Shown: positions 9,202-19,837, counted from the first letter of the stretch. The stretch: DNA of 64,000 bases from an uncultured Clostridia bacterium (GCA_944349415.1 CALVMX010000001.1:45677-109676), one strand, 5' to 3'. The notes: generated by a model not told the origin, from the sequence alone. Numbers and translations are program-made.

Positions 9202-11439
9202 TTATCTTGCTTTATGGAAAGTTCTTGCAATAACTTCTTCTTGATGAGCACGTGAAAGTTTGTTGAAGTTTACAGCATAACCAGAAACTCTTATAGTTAA
9301 ATTTGGATACTTCCAAGGGTTATTCATAGCATCTATTAACAACTCTCTGTTTAAGACATTGACATTGATATGTTGTGCACCTTGAACAAAGTATCCGTCT
9401 AAAATGTCTACTAGATTTTTAATTCTCGATTTTTCGTCTTTTCCAAGTGCATCAGGAACAATAGAAAAAGTGTTAGAAATGCCGTCTTGACAACAGTTGC
9501 AATATGGTATTTTTGCCACCGAATTAAGAGAAGCAAGTGCACCAGTGCAGTCTCTTTCATGCATAGGATTTGCACCAGGAGCGAAAGCTTCGCCCGCTTT
9601 TCTTCCATCTGGAGTTGCCCCCGTCTTTTTACCATACATAACGTTTGAAGTGATGGTCAAAAGCGAAAGAGTATGGATAGCACCACGATATAACTTGTAT
9701 TTCTTCAAGCAATTATAAAAATATTGAATAAGTAAAATTCCAAGTTGGTCAACCCTATCGTCATCGTTTCCATATTTTGGAAAATCGCCTTTTGTTTCGA
9801 AGTCTACAATAATGCCATTTTCGTCTCTTATTGGCTTTACTTTAGCATACTTTATTGCTGACAAAGAGTCCACAGCAACTGAAAATCCTGCCACACCAAA
9901 GGCCATAAGTCTTTCCACAAAAGTGTCATGAAGTGCCATTTGAGCTGCCTCATAAGCATACTTGTCATGCATATAATGAATAATATTCATAGCATCAACA
10001 TAAGTTTTTGCGACAATTTCCATTGTTTTTTGATAATTTTTCCAAACTTTATCAAAAGTTAAAACTTTTTCTGTGTTTTTCTTTAATCCCTCAACCACCA
10101 AAACTCCTGATTTTTCGTCCACGCCACCATTGAGAGAATATAACAAAGTTTTAGCTAAATTGCATCTCGCACCGAAAAACTGCATTTGTTTTCCCACTTT
10201 CATTGCAGAAACGCAGCAAGCAATAGCATAATCATTACCATAAATTGGACGCATAACATCGTCGCCCTCGTATTGAATGGCATCAGTCAAAATAGAAATC
10301 TTTGCACAGAATTTTCTAAAATTAAGTGGTAATTTAGGTGAATAAAGCACTGTCAAATTTGGTTCTGGCGATGGTTTTAAATTGATAAGCGAGTACAAAT
10401 ATCTAAATGAGTTTTTGGTCACCAAACTTTTATTGTCATCAAACATTCCGCCAACACTTTCAGTAACCCAAGTTGGATCGCCGCCGAAAATCTCGTCGTA
10501 TTCAGGAGTTCTTAAATGTCTGACTAGTCTAAGTTTGATTATGAATTGGTCGACAAGTTCTTGAGCTTCTTCTTCAGTTAACATTTTGTCCTTCATATCT
10601 CTTTCAATATAGATATCTAGGAATGTTGAAGTCCTGCCTAAACTCATAGCTGCACCATTGTCTTCCTTGACTCCAGCAAGATATGCAAAATACAACCATT
10701 GAAATGCCTCTTTAGCAGTTTTTGCCGGCTTTGAAATATCAAAGCCATAACTTAAAGCCATTTCTTTAATTTTGTTTAATGCTCTTATTTGTTCTTGGAC
10801 CTCCTCGCGAAGTCTGATTTTTTCTTCACTGGAAACATCAATGGTAGCATAATCTTTTTGCTTAAATTCAATTAATTTGTCTATACCATAAAGTGCGACG
10901 CGTCGATAGTCTCCAATAATTCTGCCTCTGCCATAAGCATCAGGGAGTCCAGTCAAGAGGCCGGCTTTTCTAGCTCTTCTAATTTCTGGAGTATACGCAT
11001 CAAAAACGCCGTCATTATGTGTTTTTCTAAACTCTTTAAAGTATTTTTCAATTTCAGGATTAAGCTCTTTGCCATATGCCGCAAGTGCTTTATCAGCCAT
11101 TCGAGTTCCACCATAAAGGTTGACAATACGTTTTAAAGGCTTATCGGTTTGCAGCCCGACAATGACTTCATTCTTTTTGTCAATATAGCCCGGTGCAAAA
11201 CTTGTGATGCCGGATACGGCATTAAGCTCAACATCTAAAAGCCCTTTTTTAGCCTCTTCTGCAAGCAATTGGTCACACTTAGCCCAAACTTTTTTTGTCT
11301 TTGGCGAAATAGAAGCAAGAAAAGAATCATCTCCTCTATATTCCTTATAGTTGTTGGCAATAAAATCTTTTACATCAATATTTTCCGTCCAATTTCCGCC
11401 TTTAAAGCCTTTCCAATATTCCTTTAATTCCTCTTTCAT
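9202..11439 (-). CDS. pflB: Formate C-acetyltransferase (pyruvate formate-lyase)
   Basis: 745 aa. Glycyl-radical motif [11 protein letters not shown] near the C-terminus and the catalytic Cys pair in AIACCVSAM. Confidence 0.97.
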   Translation of the reverse strand: MKEELKEYWKGFKGGNWTENIDVKDFIANNYKEYRGDDSFLASISPKTKKVWAKCDQLLAEEAKKGLLDVELNAVSGITSFAPGYIDKKNEVIVGLQTDKPLKRIVNLYGGTRMADKALAAYGKELNPEIEKYFKEFRKTHNDGVFDAYTPEIRRARKAGLLTGLPDAYGRGRIIGDYRRVALYGIDKLIEFKQKDYATIDVSSEEKIRLREEVQEQIRALNKIKEMALSYGFDISKPAKTAKEAFQWLYFAYLAGVKEDNGAAMSLGRTSTFLDIYIERDMKDKMLTEEEAQELVDQFIIKLRLVRHLRTPEYDEIFGGDPTWVTESVGGMFDDNKSLVTKNSFRYLYSLINLKPSPEPNLTVLYSPKLPLNFRKFCAKISILTDAIQYEGDDVMRPIYGNDYAIACCVSAMKVGKQMQFFGARCNLAKTLLYSLNGGVDEKSGVLVVEGLKKNTEKVLTFDKVWKNYQKTMEIVAKTYVDAMNIIHYMHDKYAYEAAQMALHDTFVERLMAFGVAGFSVAVDSLSAIKYAKVKPIRDENGIIVDFETKGDFPKYGNDDDRVDQLGILLIQYFYNCLKKYKLYRGAIHTLSLLTITSNVMYGKKTGATPDGRKAGEAFAPGANPMHERDCTGALASLNSVAKIPYCNCCQDGISNTFSIVPDALGKDEKSRIKNLVDILDGYFVQGAQHINVNVLNRELLIDAMNNPWKYPNLTIRVSGYAVNFNKLSRAHQEEVIARTFHKAR

Positions 11440-11526
11440 ATTATCTCCTTTGTTTGTTCTATATATAGTATTCTAAATAACAAAAAATACAATATATAGC
11501 GAAGTTTTTTGTCCTTCTTTCCATAT

Positions 11527-11555
11527 ATTGTATACCAAAAATATTATAATGTCAA
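11527..11555 (-). promoter_or_regulatory. Sigma-A type promoter of pflB
   Basis: On the minus strand: TTGACA (11555..11550), a 17-nt spacer, TACAAT (11532..11527). Confidence 0.5.
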
Positions 11556-11583
11556 ATATTTTATATATAATTTCAACATATAT

Positions 11584-12171
11584 TTAAAAATTTTCTTGCT
11601 CCGGCTCAAAATTTAGGTTTTGTCTTTCTGTTTTTTCTAGCTCTGCTAACTCCGTATTCTCGGATGCGCTTTCAACGTTTGAATTTTCTAAATTTTCCTC
11701 ATTTTCATTGTATGGAATCTTGCTATCTACTATATTTTTAATAACATTAAACAAATCGGAAGAAGAATTTTCTGTATTTATATAAATACATCTACCTTGG
11801 AACACACCATTTTCGCCACGGAAAATATTGAAACCATACGCATTATCTTCAATTTTTATTGTTATTTCGTCAAATGGGAGTCCGTTAAATTCATAATGAG
11901 CGTCAAATTTAAAATTTAGAAAATATCCATCTTTTAACATCTCTTTGTAAAGTTCAGGAAAGGTCACAGCAAGAGCTGGAGAATCATATGCGTTCTCTAA
12001 ATATTTTATTATTTCGCTTTGTATGTCGGCTTTTTCTTCATCGGTTATTTCAATAACTTCATTATTGTAAATCAAATTCATTTGTCCATAAGAAAATATA
12101 TCTAAAAAGTTAAACATTGCATTAAATATCATTGGTAACCCCATAAAAGAAAAAAATAATCTTGATAACAT
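11584..12171 (-). CDS. Hypothetical protein with hydrophobic N-terminus and acidic C-terminal tail (195 aa)
   Basis: AAGGAGG RBS 6 nt upstream of the ATG at 12171. No recognisable catalytic motif. Confidence 0.65.
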   Translation of the reverse strand: MLSRLFFSFMGLPMIFNAMFNFLDIFSYGQMNLIYNNEVIEITDEEKADIQSEIIKYLENAYDSPALAVTFPELYKEMLKDGYFLNFKFDAHYEFNGLPFDEITIKIEDNAYGFNIFRGENGVFQGRCIYINTENSSSDLFNVIKNIVDSKIPYNENEENLENSNVESASENTELAELEKTERQNLNFEPEQENF

Positions 12172-12254
12172 TTTTCGCCTCCTTGACTTAGTTTGCGAAA
12201 TAAGTTTTGAATTATTCTTTTCTTTGACTTTTTATTTAGTTTCGCTTTAAATAC

Positions 12255-12335
12255 AGAGCGCAATATTCGCTTTTCAAGCGAATTGCGAGCGGCCGCTCGC
12301 AAAATTCAAAACAAGTTTTGAATTTTTTGCGCTCT
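12255..12335. repeat. 81-nt nested perfect palindrome (three hairpins closed by a 9-bp outer stem), GC-rich core with a NotI site
   Basis: Outer stem AGAGCGCAA (12255..12263) / TTGCGCTCT (12327..12335). Hairpin 1: ATTCGCTT-TTC-AAGCGAAT (12265..12283). Hairpin 2: GCGAGCGGCCGCTCGC (12285..12300). Hairpin 3: AAAATTCAAAAC-AA-GTTTTGAATTTT (12301..12326). All were read directly from the sequence. Confidence 0.85.
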
Positions 12336-14124
12336 AGTTCTCAGAAAACTGACTGTTGTATAGATCGGCATAGAAACCGCCTTTTTTCATAAGCTCTTCA
12401 TGGTTGCCTTTTTCAATGACATCTCCATCTTTAAGCACTAAAATTATGTCTGCATTACGAATTGTTGACAGCCTGTGTGCAATAATGAAAGAGGTTCTGT
12501 TTTGCATAAGTTTATCCATAGCTTTTTGAATGAGTTCTTCCGTTCGGGTATCAACTGAACTTGTCGCTTCGTCCAAAATAAGCATAGGATTATCCGCCAC
12601 CATCGTTCTTGCAATAGTCAAAAGTTGTTTTTGTCCAGCAGAAAGGTTGACAGTATCATCCACAACAGTGTCATAGCCATTAGACAAGGTTTGAATAAAG
12701 TGATCAACTCCTACACTTTTGCACGCTTCAATGATTTGTTCGTCAGTAACATTTTCCTTGTTATATCGCAAGTTTTCTTTGATAGTTCCTTGGAAAAGCC
12801 AAGTGTCTTGAAGCACCATTCCAAAAAGATCGTGGATGTTTTCTCTTGTCAAATCTTTAATTGAAGTTCCATCAATTTTTATATCGCCATCGTCAATTTC
12901 GTAGAAGCGCATAAGCAAATTAACAAGCGTTGTCTTTCCGGCACCTGTTGGCCCAACAATAGCCACCTTTTGCCCAGCTTTCACACTGACAGAGAAATCG
13001 TGAATGATAACCTTGTCTTTGTTGTAACCAAATTTTACGTGTTCAAATTCAATATTACCTTTCACATTTTCCAGCTTCAAAGTCTTTTCACTTTCGTCTG
13101 AAAGTTCCTCTTCTTCTAGGAATTCAAAAACACGACTACTTGCTGCAGATGTTGACTGCAAACTTGTAAGTGACTGAGCTATTTGAGAAATTGGATTTGT
13201 AAACAAACGAGCATAAATCATAAAGGATGCGATAGGCCCAAGTCCTATTATGTTATTTGTTGCAAGTATCGCACCAACAATACAAACCATAACAAAAGCA
13301 AGGTTACCAATAAAATTCATAGACGGCATCATAGAGCCAGACAAGAATTGAGATTTCCAAGCACTGCGATATAGTTTTTTGTTAATTTTATGAAATTCTT
13401 CACCTTTAGTTTTTTCTGCATTGAAAAGTTTTACCACATTGTGTCCGGAATAAACCTCTTCAATATGAGCCTCCAAATCACCTAGATCTTTTTGCTGCAT
13501 ATTGAAATATTTTTGCGATTTGGTAAGGAAAATAAGCATAACTAGGAAACCGATAATTGTTGCTACAATGACGGTAAAAGCCATAATCCATTGCGTGATA
13601 AACATAGCAATTACCACGCCAATAAACAATATTATGTTAGAAAATAGAGAAGCTATTGACTGGTTAAGAGACTGCCCTATTGTGTCCACATCGTTTGTTA
13701 CACGACTTAAAGTATCGCCATAAAGATGTGTATCGAAATACTTAAGAGGCAGCTTGTTTATTTTGTAGGCAATATCACGTCTGAAATTGTAAACAATTTT
13801 TTGAGTTGTTGTTGCCATAATGAATTGTTGAAAATAGTTAAACACCGCCATAATCAAAGCAAGAGTTAAAATTAAAAGTGCTAAACTTGTAACTTGGTCG
13901 ATATCAATGCTTCCACCAGAAGCGATGCCTCCTGTTATAACTTCTGTTAAATCTCCTAATTTACTTGGAGAAATAATTTGACAAACAACAGAGACGGCTC
14001 CAAGTAAAATTGCCAATATCATCACGCCATAATATTTTTTGCAATATTTTAACAGTTTGAGCATGGACTGTTTAAACACACCCTTTGCCGGCTTTTCGCC
14101 AGCTATCATACGACCGCCTCTCAT
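12334..14124 (-). CDS. ABC exporter, fused permease/ATPase subunit (type I exporter, heterodimer partner B)
   Basis: Walker A VAIVGPTGAGKTT, signature LSAGQKQLL, Walker B MLILDEATS, and an N-terminal 6-TM-type domain. ATGA overlap with the upstream partner, with an AGGAGG RBS. Confidence 0.93.
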   Translation of the reverse strand: MRGGRMIAGEKPAKGVFKQSMLKLLKYCKKYYGVMILAILLGAVSVVCQIISPSKLGDLTEVITGGIASGGSIDIDQVTSLALLILTLALIMAVFNYFQQFIMATTTQKIVYNFRRDIAYKINKLPLKYFDTHLYGDTLSRVTNDVDTIGQSLNQSIASLFSNIILFIGVVIAMFITQWIMAFTVIVATIIGFLVMLIFLTKSQKYFNMQQKDLGDLEAHIEEVYSGHNVVKLFNAEKTKGEEFHKINKKLYRSAWKSQFLSGSMMPSMNFIGNLAFVMVCIVGAILATNNIIGLGPIASFMIYARLFTNPISQIAQSLTSLQSTSAASSRVFEFLEEEELSDESEKTLKLENVKGNIEFEHVKFGYNKDKVIIHDFSVSVKAGQKVAIVGPTGAGKTTLVNLLMRFYEIDDGDIKIDGTSIKDLTRENIHDLFGMVLQDTWLFQGTIKENLRYNKENVTDEQIIEACKSVGVDHFIQTLSNGYDTVVDDTVNLSAGQKQLLTIARTMVADNPMLILDEATSSVDTRTEELIQKAMDKLMQNRTSFIIAHRLSTIRNADIILVLKDGDVIEKGNHEELMKKGGFYADLYNSQFSEN

Positions 14125-15857
14125 TGTAATTCCTCCTCTGATAACTGCGATAAAGCAATTTCCTTATAAATAGGACAATTTTTAAGAAGTTCCTCATGAG
14201 TTCCTATCCCAACCATTTCGCCGCTTTCTAAAACAATAATTTTGTCGGCATCTTTAATTGTTCCGATACGTTGAGCAACAATAAATTTTGTTATACCAGA
14301 AGTATTTTTATTTAATGCCGTTCTTAACTTTCTGTCAGTTTTATAATCTAATGCCGAAAAACTGTCGTCAAATATGAATATTTCTGGCTTACGTGCAATA
14401 GCTCTAGCAATGGAAAGTCTTTGCTTTTGTCCTCCAGAAACATTGTTACCGCCTTGAGCAATTCTTCCATCGACACCACCATCCATACGCGAAACGAAAT
14501 TGGAAGCTTGAGCTATGCTTAAGGACCTTTTAATAGTCTCCTCGTCAGCATCATTATCCCCAAAGTTGACGTTTGATTTTACTGTTCCACTAAACAACAC
14601 GCCTCGTTGTGGCGTATAACCAATTTTTTTGTTCAAAAGTTTAGAGTCGTAATCTTTAACATTAATTCCATCAATTAAAACCGCACCATCAGTGACATCA
14701 TAAAGACGAGGAATAAGATTAATAAGAGTGCTTTTGCCACTACCTGTCGAGCCTATGAAAGCTACGGTCTCGCCTTTATTCACGCTGAAAGAAATGTCTT
14801 TTAAAACATACTCGTTGGCATCTAGATATTTAAAAGAGACATTATCAAAAACAACATAACCCTCTTCTATATTATCTCCCGTTGTCTGCTCTCCAGAAAT
14901 TATAGAATTGTGAGTGTCTAAAACTTCGTTGATACGTCTTGCTGAAACTAACGCTCTAGGCATAATTATAAATGTAATGATAAGAAGCATAAACGCCATA
15001 ATGACTTGCATTCCATAAGAAGTAAACACCATCATGTTAGCAATGTCAACAGCATCTTTGACAATATACGCACCTATCCAATATATAGCAAGAGAAAGCC
15101 CCGTGCTTAAAAGTGACATACCTGGTGACATAATTGCCATGATTCTGTTAACCGACAAATTGTTTTTAGTTAATTCTGTATTTCCTTTTTGGAATTTATC
15201 AGTTTGATATTGCTCTGCATTATTTGCCCTTATAACACGAATACCAGTCAAATTTTCTCTTGTGACTCTATTTAAATTATCTGTCAAGGTTTGAACTTTT
15301 TTAAATCTAGGAATGGCAAAAACGATGACAACTAATGATAGTAAAATCGCAATAACAACCGCAACTGCGGTAGCTACTGACCATTCCCAACCAAGCCCTA
15401 CAATTTTGATAATTGCCCAAATTGCAAGAATAGGAGCTTTAATTAAAGACTGTGTTCCCATCGTAATCAAGATTTGCACTTGAGTAACATCATTTGTCGT
15501 TCTTGTAATCAAGCTATCTGTAGAAAATTTGTTCATTTCTGAAAGAGAAAAGCTTTCAATTTTGCCGTAAAGAGCAAATCTTAAATTAGCAGATAGCCTT
15601 GCTCCTATTTGTGAAACAAAGAAATGAACTAAAATAGCAGAAAGCAAACTGCCTACAGCACATGCCAGCATAAATCCACCGTTGATTAAAATTTCATTCA
15701 CAAGATTTGGCACATCCTCTGTTTGAAGAAGAGTAATAATTGTCGACATATATTCAGGAAGTTTCAGATCGAGCCAAACTTGCAAAACGATAACACCTAA
15801 GATAATAAAAATATAGGCATAATCGATTTTCTTTAAATACCTTAATAATTTAAACAT
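14121..15857 (-). CDS. ABC exporter, fused permease/ATPase subunit (heterodimer partner A)
   Basis: Walker A IGSTGSGKST, signature VSGGQKQRLSIARA, Walker B IFIFDDSFSALD, and an N-terminal TM domain. Confidence 0.93.
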   Translation of the reverse strand: MFKLLRYLKKIDYAYIFIILGVIVLQVWLDLKLPEYMSTIITLLQTEDVPNLVNEILINGGFMLACAVGSLLSAILVHFFVSQIGARLSANLRFALYGKIESFSLSEMNKFSTDSLITRTTNDVTQVQILITMGTQSLIKAPILAIWAIIKIVGLGWEWSVATAVAVVIAILLSLVVIVFAIPRFKKVQTLTDNLNRVTRENLTGIRVIRANNAEQYQTDKFQKGNTELTKNNLSVNRIMAIMSPGMSLLSTGLSLAIYWIGAYIVKDAVDIANMMVFTSYGMQVIMAFMLLIITFIIMPRALVSARRINEVLDTHNSIISGEQTTGDNIEEGYVVFDNVSFKYLDANEYVLKDISFSVNKGETVAFIGSTGSGKSTLINLIPRLYDVTDGAVLIDGINVKDYDSKLLNKKIGYTPQRGVLFSGTVKSNVNFGDNDADEETIKRSLSIAQASNFVSRMDGGVDGRIAQGGNNVSGGQKQRLSIARAIARKPEIFIFDDSFSALDYKTDRKLRTALNKNTSGITKFIVAQRIGTIKDADKIIVLESGEMVGIGTHEELLKNCPIYKEIALSQLSEEELQ

Positions 15858-16078
15858 ATCATCACCTTAAATTTTTGTCATCTAATTTTTTTATGCGAAA
15901 ATGTAGACAACAATTAATATATATGAAAAATTTTTAATTTTTTTCTTTAAAATAAGAGTAAGAACTCTCGCATTGTATTTTAGCACTTATTTTCACTTTT
16001 GGCAAACAAAATTAAAAAAATATAAAGACAATTTTTGTCATTTATATTTTTTAAAGTTTTTAATAGTTTTATATCGTT

Positions 16079-19000
16079 TTAATTTTCAAAACAAATCAAG
16101 GTTGGAAGATTTCCAGATAAATTCCAAAATTCTTCTGAAAAACCAAAACTATTTGTAACAGCATCTACACTTTCAAAAATTTGGCAATTTTGAGGATTTG
16201 GAGCGATACCTTCGTTAAACTCTTTACTTCCAAGAAGGTTTGTTAAATTGCTAACAGCAAAGCAGGAACGCACTTCGCCTTCTCTTAAATTGCCAATGAG
16301 CGCACCTGTAGCTCCGCTGATATTTTGAATGTCGAGATTTTGATAGCAATACTCAACCACTTCGCGACGTCTCGAAAATTCACCGACAAGTCCTCCTGTG
16401 GTGGCATTTACATAATTCAAATTAATAGTTCCAGTAACATATGAATTGTTTATTGAAGTGCGAGTTCTACCAACTAGCCCTCCTATCACCGCCTCATTTA
16501 ATGTTCCGTTTAAATTCAAATTTATTTCCGCTTTAGAGCAGGTTATCGTCGACAAATTGTCGCCAACAAGTCCACCAAATTCGAGTGAACCACTATCAAA
16601 AGTAAAATTGAAATTTAGAGCTACTACATTTTCACTTATTAAGCTGATACTTCTAGTTTCGCCGACTAAACCACCGAAAGTCACATTTCCATTTGAGGTC
16701 AAATTTATATAACCACTGACACTTGAATTTGTTATTTCGCCAACACCGTTGCTTGCCACAAGTCCGCCAACTGTCGCGTTTTCGGCAGTGCTTACAATAT
16801 TGGCAGAAAGTGAAACTTGACAATTATCAATTTTGCCATTGTTGTTCAAAGCAACACCGGCAAACTGAGAAACATTTTCAAAATTGCCTTCAATTACCTC
16901 AACGGTTAAATCTTGGACTTCTCCGCCCAGTTCCTCGAACAAAGCATACGTATTTCCGCCTCTGAAACTTAAATTATAAATTCTATAACCCTCGCCTTTC
17001 AAATTGCCGTAAAAATCTGTCGGCGACCAGTCAATTTCTGCCATGTCAATATCGTTTTCAAGTTTTATGTCAACATAACTTGCGTTGTGAACAATATTGT
17101 TAAACTCATAAGCATTAGTTATGCTTATTTCAGGTGGATAGATATAAAAACCAAATAGCAAACAGCTAAGATTAACAAAACCGATAATGACAATAGAGAG
17201 TCTCGCAAGACGCCATTTTTTCTCGACGTTTTTCTTCACAGAATTGTAAATTAAATTGCCTAATCCTAAAATTACAGAAAGGATAGTGAAAATAATAACT
17301 CCATTTTGCGTGAAAACCATGTATGTCTCTTTTGGAGCGGCAATAACCAAAATCAAAAAGAGCAAAACGAGTAACATCGGCACAAGTTCGAGGCAGCAAA
17401 ATAAAACAACCTTGCGTTTTCGATTACGCTTTTCTTCCTCAATGGTGGAGAGATATTTTTCGTCTCGTTTTTTTGCTTCTTTTTCCAAAACTTCCAAATT
17501 ATCTTTTTTATTGGCAATTTTGGCAATATTCACCGAGGTGTCTATTGTCAAATCCATAACATCTAATCTAGCAAATAATCTTTCGAAAATTTCGTTATAT
17601 TCTTCAAAAGTCTTAGCATTTTCAATTTTATCGAAATAGGATTCAAACGCACCGAACTGTTGTCTATAGTATTTTACAGTGGCTTTATCAGACGCCTCAT
17701 CCAATACCTTGTCATTTCTAATTAAAAAGTCACGTAATTTTTCAGTTAAGACCACTTTATCCAAAAGTTCACGGCGGAAAAGCTTTTTGGTGGAAGTGGT
17801 GTTAGCTTTAGCCACGACTTGAGAATATTTTTCTGCCTGCTCGTCACTTGCGAAATTTAAAAGAGTTTTCCAGTCTTCCATTTCTGAAATTTTAACAGAA
17901 GTTGTCAAAAGTTCGCTTTCGCTGTGACAATGGGTTTTAACTTGTATGAGTTGCCAATAAAGTTCAGCATTTTCTTTGTCATTTTTAATTGCAAGAGTGA
18001 GATATTTTTCCGCCAAACTAAAAAATCCTTTTGCCTGCAAGTTTGAAGCAAGGCTAACTAAAGTCTTTTTTAGGATATCGTCATCATTTATATATGAAAG
18101 ATAGAAGTCAAATTGTGCTTCTGCTTTTTTAATGTCATAGAAACAAATTTCACTTATTAAATTAATTAAATCGGTCAAAAATCCGCTACGACGTTCTGGC
18201 TCACAATATTTTAAAACATCTTCCAAAGCTTTGCCGTCACGATAAGACAGTTTTTCTTCGACTGTGTCGAAATTTTTCATAAAGAGAGCAAACAGGCTTT
18301 GGACATGCCCTTCATCCAGTTCCAAAATCTTTTGATAATAATTTTCATCTCCCGTTTTTTGTGCTAACTGAAAATAAAAATTGGTATATTTATCCACATC
18401 AGTAGGATTATAACATTTCAAAATAGTGTTGATTAAATCTTCGTTTAAAGTTTCAATGGCAAGTTTTTCCGCTTCAGTGATGAATTCATCATGCATAGAA
18501 TTTTGATATTTTGCCAAAAATTCAAGATAGGCTAAATAATAGTCTACATCATTTTCTTTTACAATAAGTTGTTCCCATTTATTGACAAAGTTGTTGGCAA
18601 AATCGGAAGAGGAATATTTCAGCACATTTTCTAACTCTTCTTTATTTTTAAAATTTTCAATATTTGAAAAGAATTCGTCTTCTGTTTTTATCTTTCTTTC
18701 ACATAGAAGCGAGGCAAAATATATTTCTCCACTAGGCTGGTTGTTCTCTTTTTCTTCCTGCAAAAGTTTTTCAGCAGTGGCAAAATCGCCATTTTTGATG
18801 CTGTAAAAAATCCATTTAACTTTGTTTTTCTCAGAAAGTGGAACATTTTCCACGTTATAATGTCCTAGTTCTGTTGGCTCGACAGTGGAAATCTCCACTT
18901 TCTCTTTTTTAACTGGAGTAACATTTTCCACTTCGCGTTTTTCGAGCCCTATTTTTTCATTATAATTTCTCTCTGTTGCATTTTTAACAAATGTGGCAAG

Positions 19001-19837
19001 GTCAGCAAGGAAGTTTATGTCATTTGGCGAAAATAGTGTTTTTAAATTTGGAAAGTTTTTCTTTAAAATTTCAAGAGAGACAGCTTTGTCGTCATAGACC
19101 ACAACAAAACTTGATGGAAATCTCTCTTTCACACTAATTCGATAAAGAAATCTTTGGTATAGGTTTCGTATTTTAGGCTCCGACAAAGCTTCTTCGTTTT
19201 CTACTAAAAGGACTTCTACTTTTGCGGTGTTAATTGCTTGAAAAGTATAAGCCTCTATATTTTTCTTCTGTTTTTTAACATCCTCTCGAAGAAAAACTTT
19301 TAATTCTTTTTCTTGCAATGCAGAAAGAATTTTTTGGAAATTTTCTGACTGCTCTTTGACATTAAAAACCACATCACATGAATAATTTTTGGCATCGTTT
19401 AAATAATTATTTCTGATTTTTTCAACACGTGAAGCCTGTTCGTTATAACTTTCGGCAATTTCATGAGGCGCAAATTCTATCGCTTTTTTGAAATCTTCGT
19501 CCTCAAAATAATTCGGAATTTCACTGCCGAAAAAAGACGGATAACGTTTGTTTCCTTCTTTACTATTAAAATAAATTACTTTATTTTTTGCTTGCAGGCG
19601 TCCATAATAGGCTTCGTGAGACTTTGGATAAAGAGTCAATATTTTGTCAAAATCAGAAACGGCCTCTTGAAATTTAAAATCGCGAATTTTCTCGTATGCT
19701 TGGACAATCAATATTTCTTCTTCTTTGTTGGCGTATTCGTCGACATAGATAGTTCCACAGAACAGGCATTTTACCATGTTCTGTCCGATCTCTTTATATT
19801 TTTTGCCTCCGCAGTTATTACAAATTCGCTCTCTCAT
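16079..19837 (-). CDS. 1252-aa multidomain membrane protein: N-terminal zinc ribbon, long helical/TPR-like cytoplasmic region, 3 predicted TM helices, C-terminal GLUG-motif repeat domain
   Basis: CNNCGG..x..CLFCG zinc ribbon at the N-terminus. TM cluster VVLFCCLELVPMLLVLLFLILVIAAP / GVIIFTILSVILGLGNLIY / LSIVIIGFVNLSCLLFGFYIY (about 17145..17410). About seven ~30-aa repeats carry GGLVG/GGLVA (VGGLVASNG, FGGLVGETR, FGGLVGDNL, IGGLVGRTR, TGGLVGEFS) at about 16290..16870. Its start abuts the stop of the AAA gene (19837/19838). Confidence 0.8.
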   Translation of the reverse strand: MRERICNNCGGKKYKEIGQNMVKCLFCGTIYVDEYANKEEEILIVQAYEKIRDFKFQEAVSDFDKILTLYPKSHEAYYGRLQAKNKVIYFNSKEGNKRYPSFFGSEIPNYFEDEDFKKAIEFAPHEIAESYNEQASRVEKIRNNYLNDAKNYSCDVVFNVKEQSENFQKILSALQEKELKVFLREDVKKQKKNIEAYTFQAINTAKVEVLLVENEEALSEPKIRNLYQRFLYRISVKERFPSSFVVVYDDKAVSLEILKKNFPNLKTLFSPNDINFLADLATFVKNATERNYNEKIGLEKREVENVTPVKKEKVEISTVEPTELGHYNVENVPLSEKNKVKWIFYSIKNGDFATAEKLLQEEKENNQPSGEIYFASLLCERKIKTEDEFFSNIENFKNKEELENVLKYSSSDFANNFVNKWEQLIVKENDVDYYLAYLEFLAKYQNSMHDEFITEAEKLAIETLNEDLINTILKCYNPTDVDKYTNFYFQLAQKTGDENYYQKILELDEGHVQSLFALFMKNFDTVEEKLSYRDGKALEDVLKYCEPERRSGFLTDLINLISEICFYDIKKAEAQFDFYLSYINDDDILKKTLVSLASNLQAKGFFSLAEKYLTLAIKNDKENAELYWQLIQVKTHCHSESELLTTSVKISEMEDWKTLLNFASDEQAEKYSQVVAKANTTSTKKLFRRELLDKVVLTEKLRDFLIRNDKVLDEASDKATVKYYRQQFGAFESYFDKIENAKTFEEYNEIFERLFARLDVMDLTIDTSVNIAKIANKKDNLEVLEKEAKKRDEKYLSTIEEEKRNRKRKVVLFCCLELVPMLLVLLFLILVIAAPKETYMVFTQNGVIIFTILSVILGLGNLIYNSVKKNVEKKWRLARLSIVIIGFVNLSCLLFGFYIYPPEISITNAYEFNNIVHNASYVDIKLENDIDMAEIDWSPTDFYGNLKGEGYRIYNLSFRGGNTYALFEELGGEVQDLTVEVIEGNFENVSQFAGVALNNNGKIDNCQVSLSANIVSTAENATVGGLVASNGVGEITNSSVSGYINLTSNGNVTFGGLVGETRSISLISENVVALNFNFTFDSGSLEFGGLVGDNLSTITCSKAEINLNLNGTLNEAVIGGLVGRTRTSINNSYVTGTINLNYVNATTGGLVGEFSRRREVVEYCYQNLDIQNISGATGALIGNLREGEVRSCFAVSNLTNLLGSKEFNEGIAPNPQNCQIFESVDAVTNSFGFSEEFWNLSGNLPTLICFEN

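Noticed and set aside
12285-12300. NotI-containing palindrome GCGAGCGGCCGCTCGC as a possible cloning or vector artefact
   Set aside because: It is seamlessly embedded in a larger native-looking nested palindrome whose outer stem overlaps a genuine stop codon, with flanking arm duplicates. No vector-like sequence is adjacent.
18967-19387. TIR/flavodoxin-like beta-alpha pattern (CDVVFNV...LKVFL...KVEVLLV) in the 1252-aa protein, which would suggest a defence function
   Set aside because: The evidence is only a vague secondary-structure-like alternation, and I could not identify a catalytic Glu or conserved TIR motifs. It needs a profile search before any claim.
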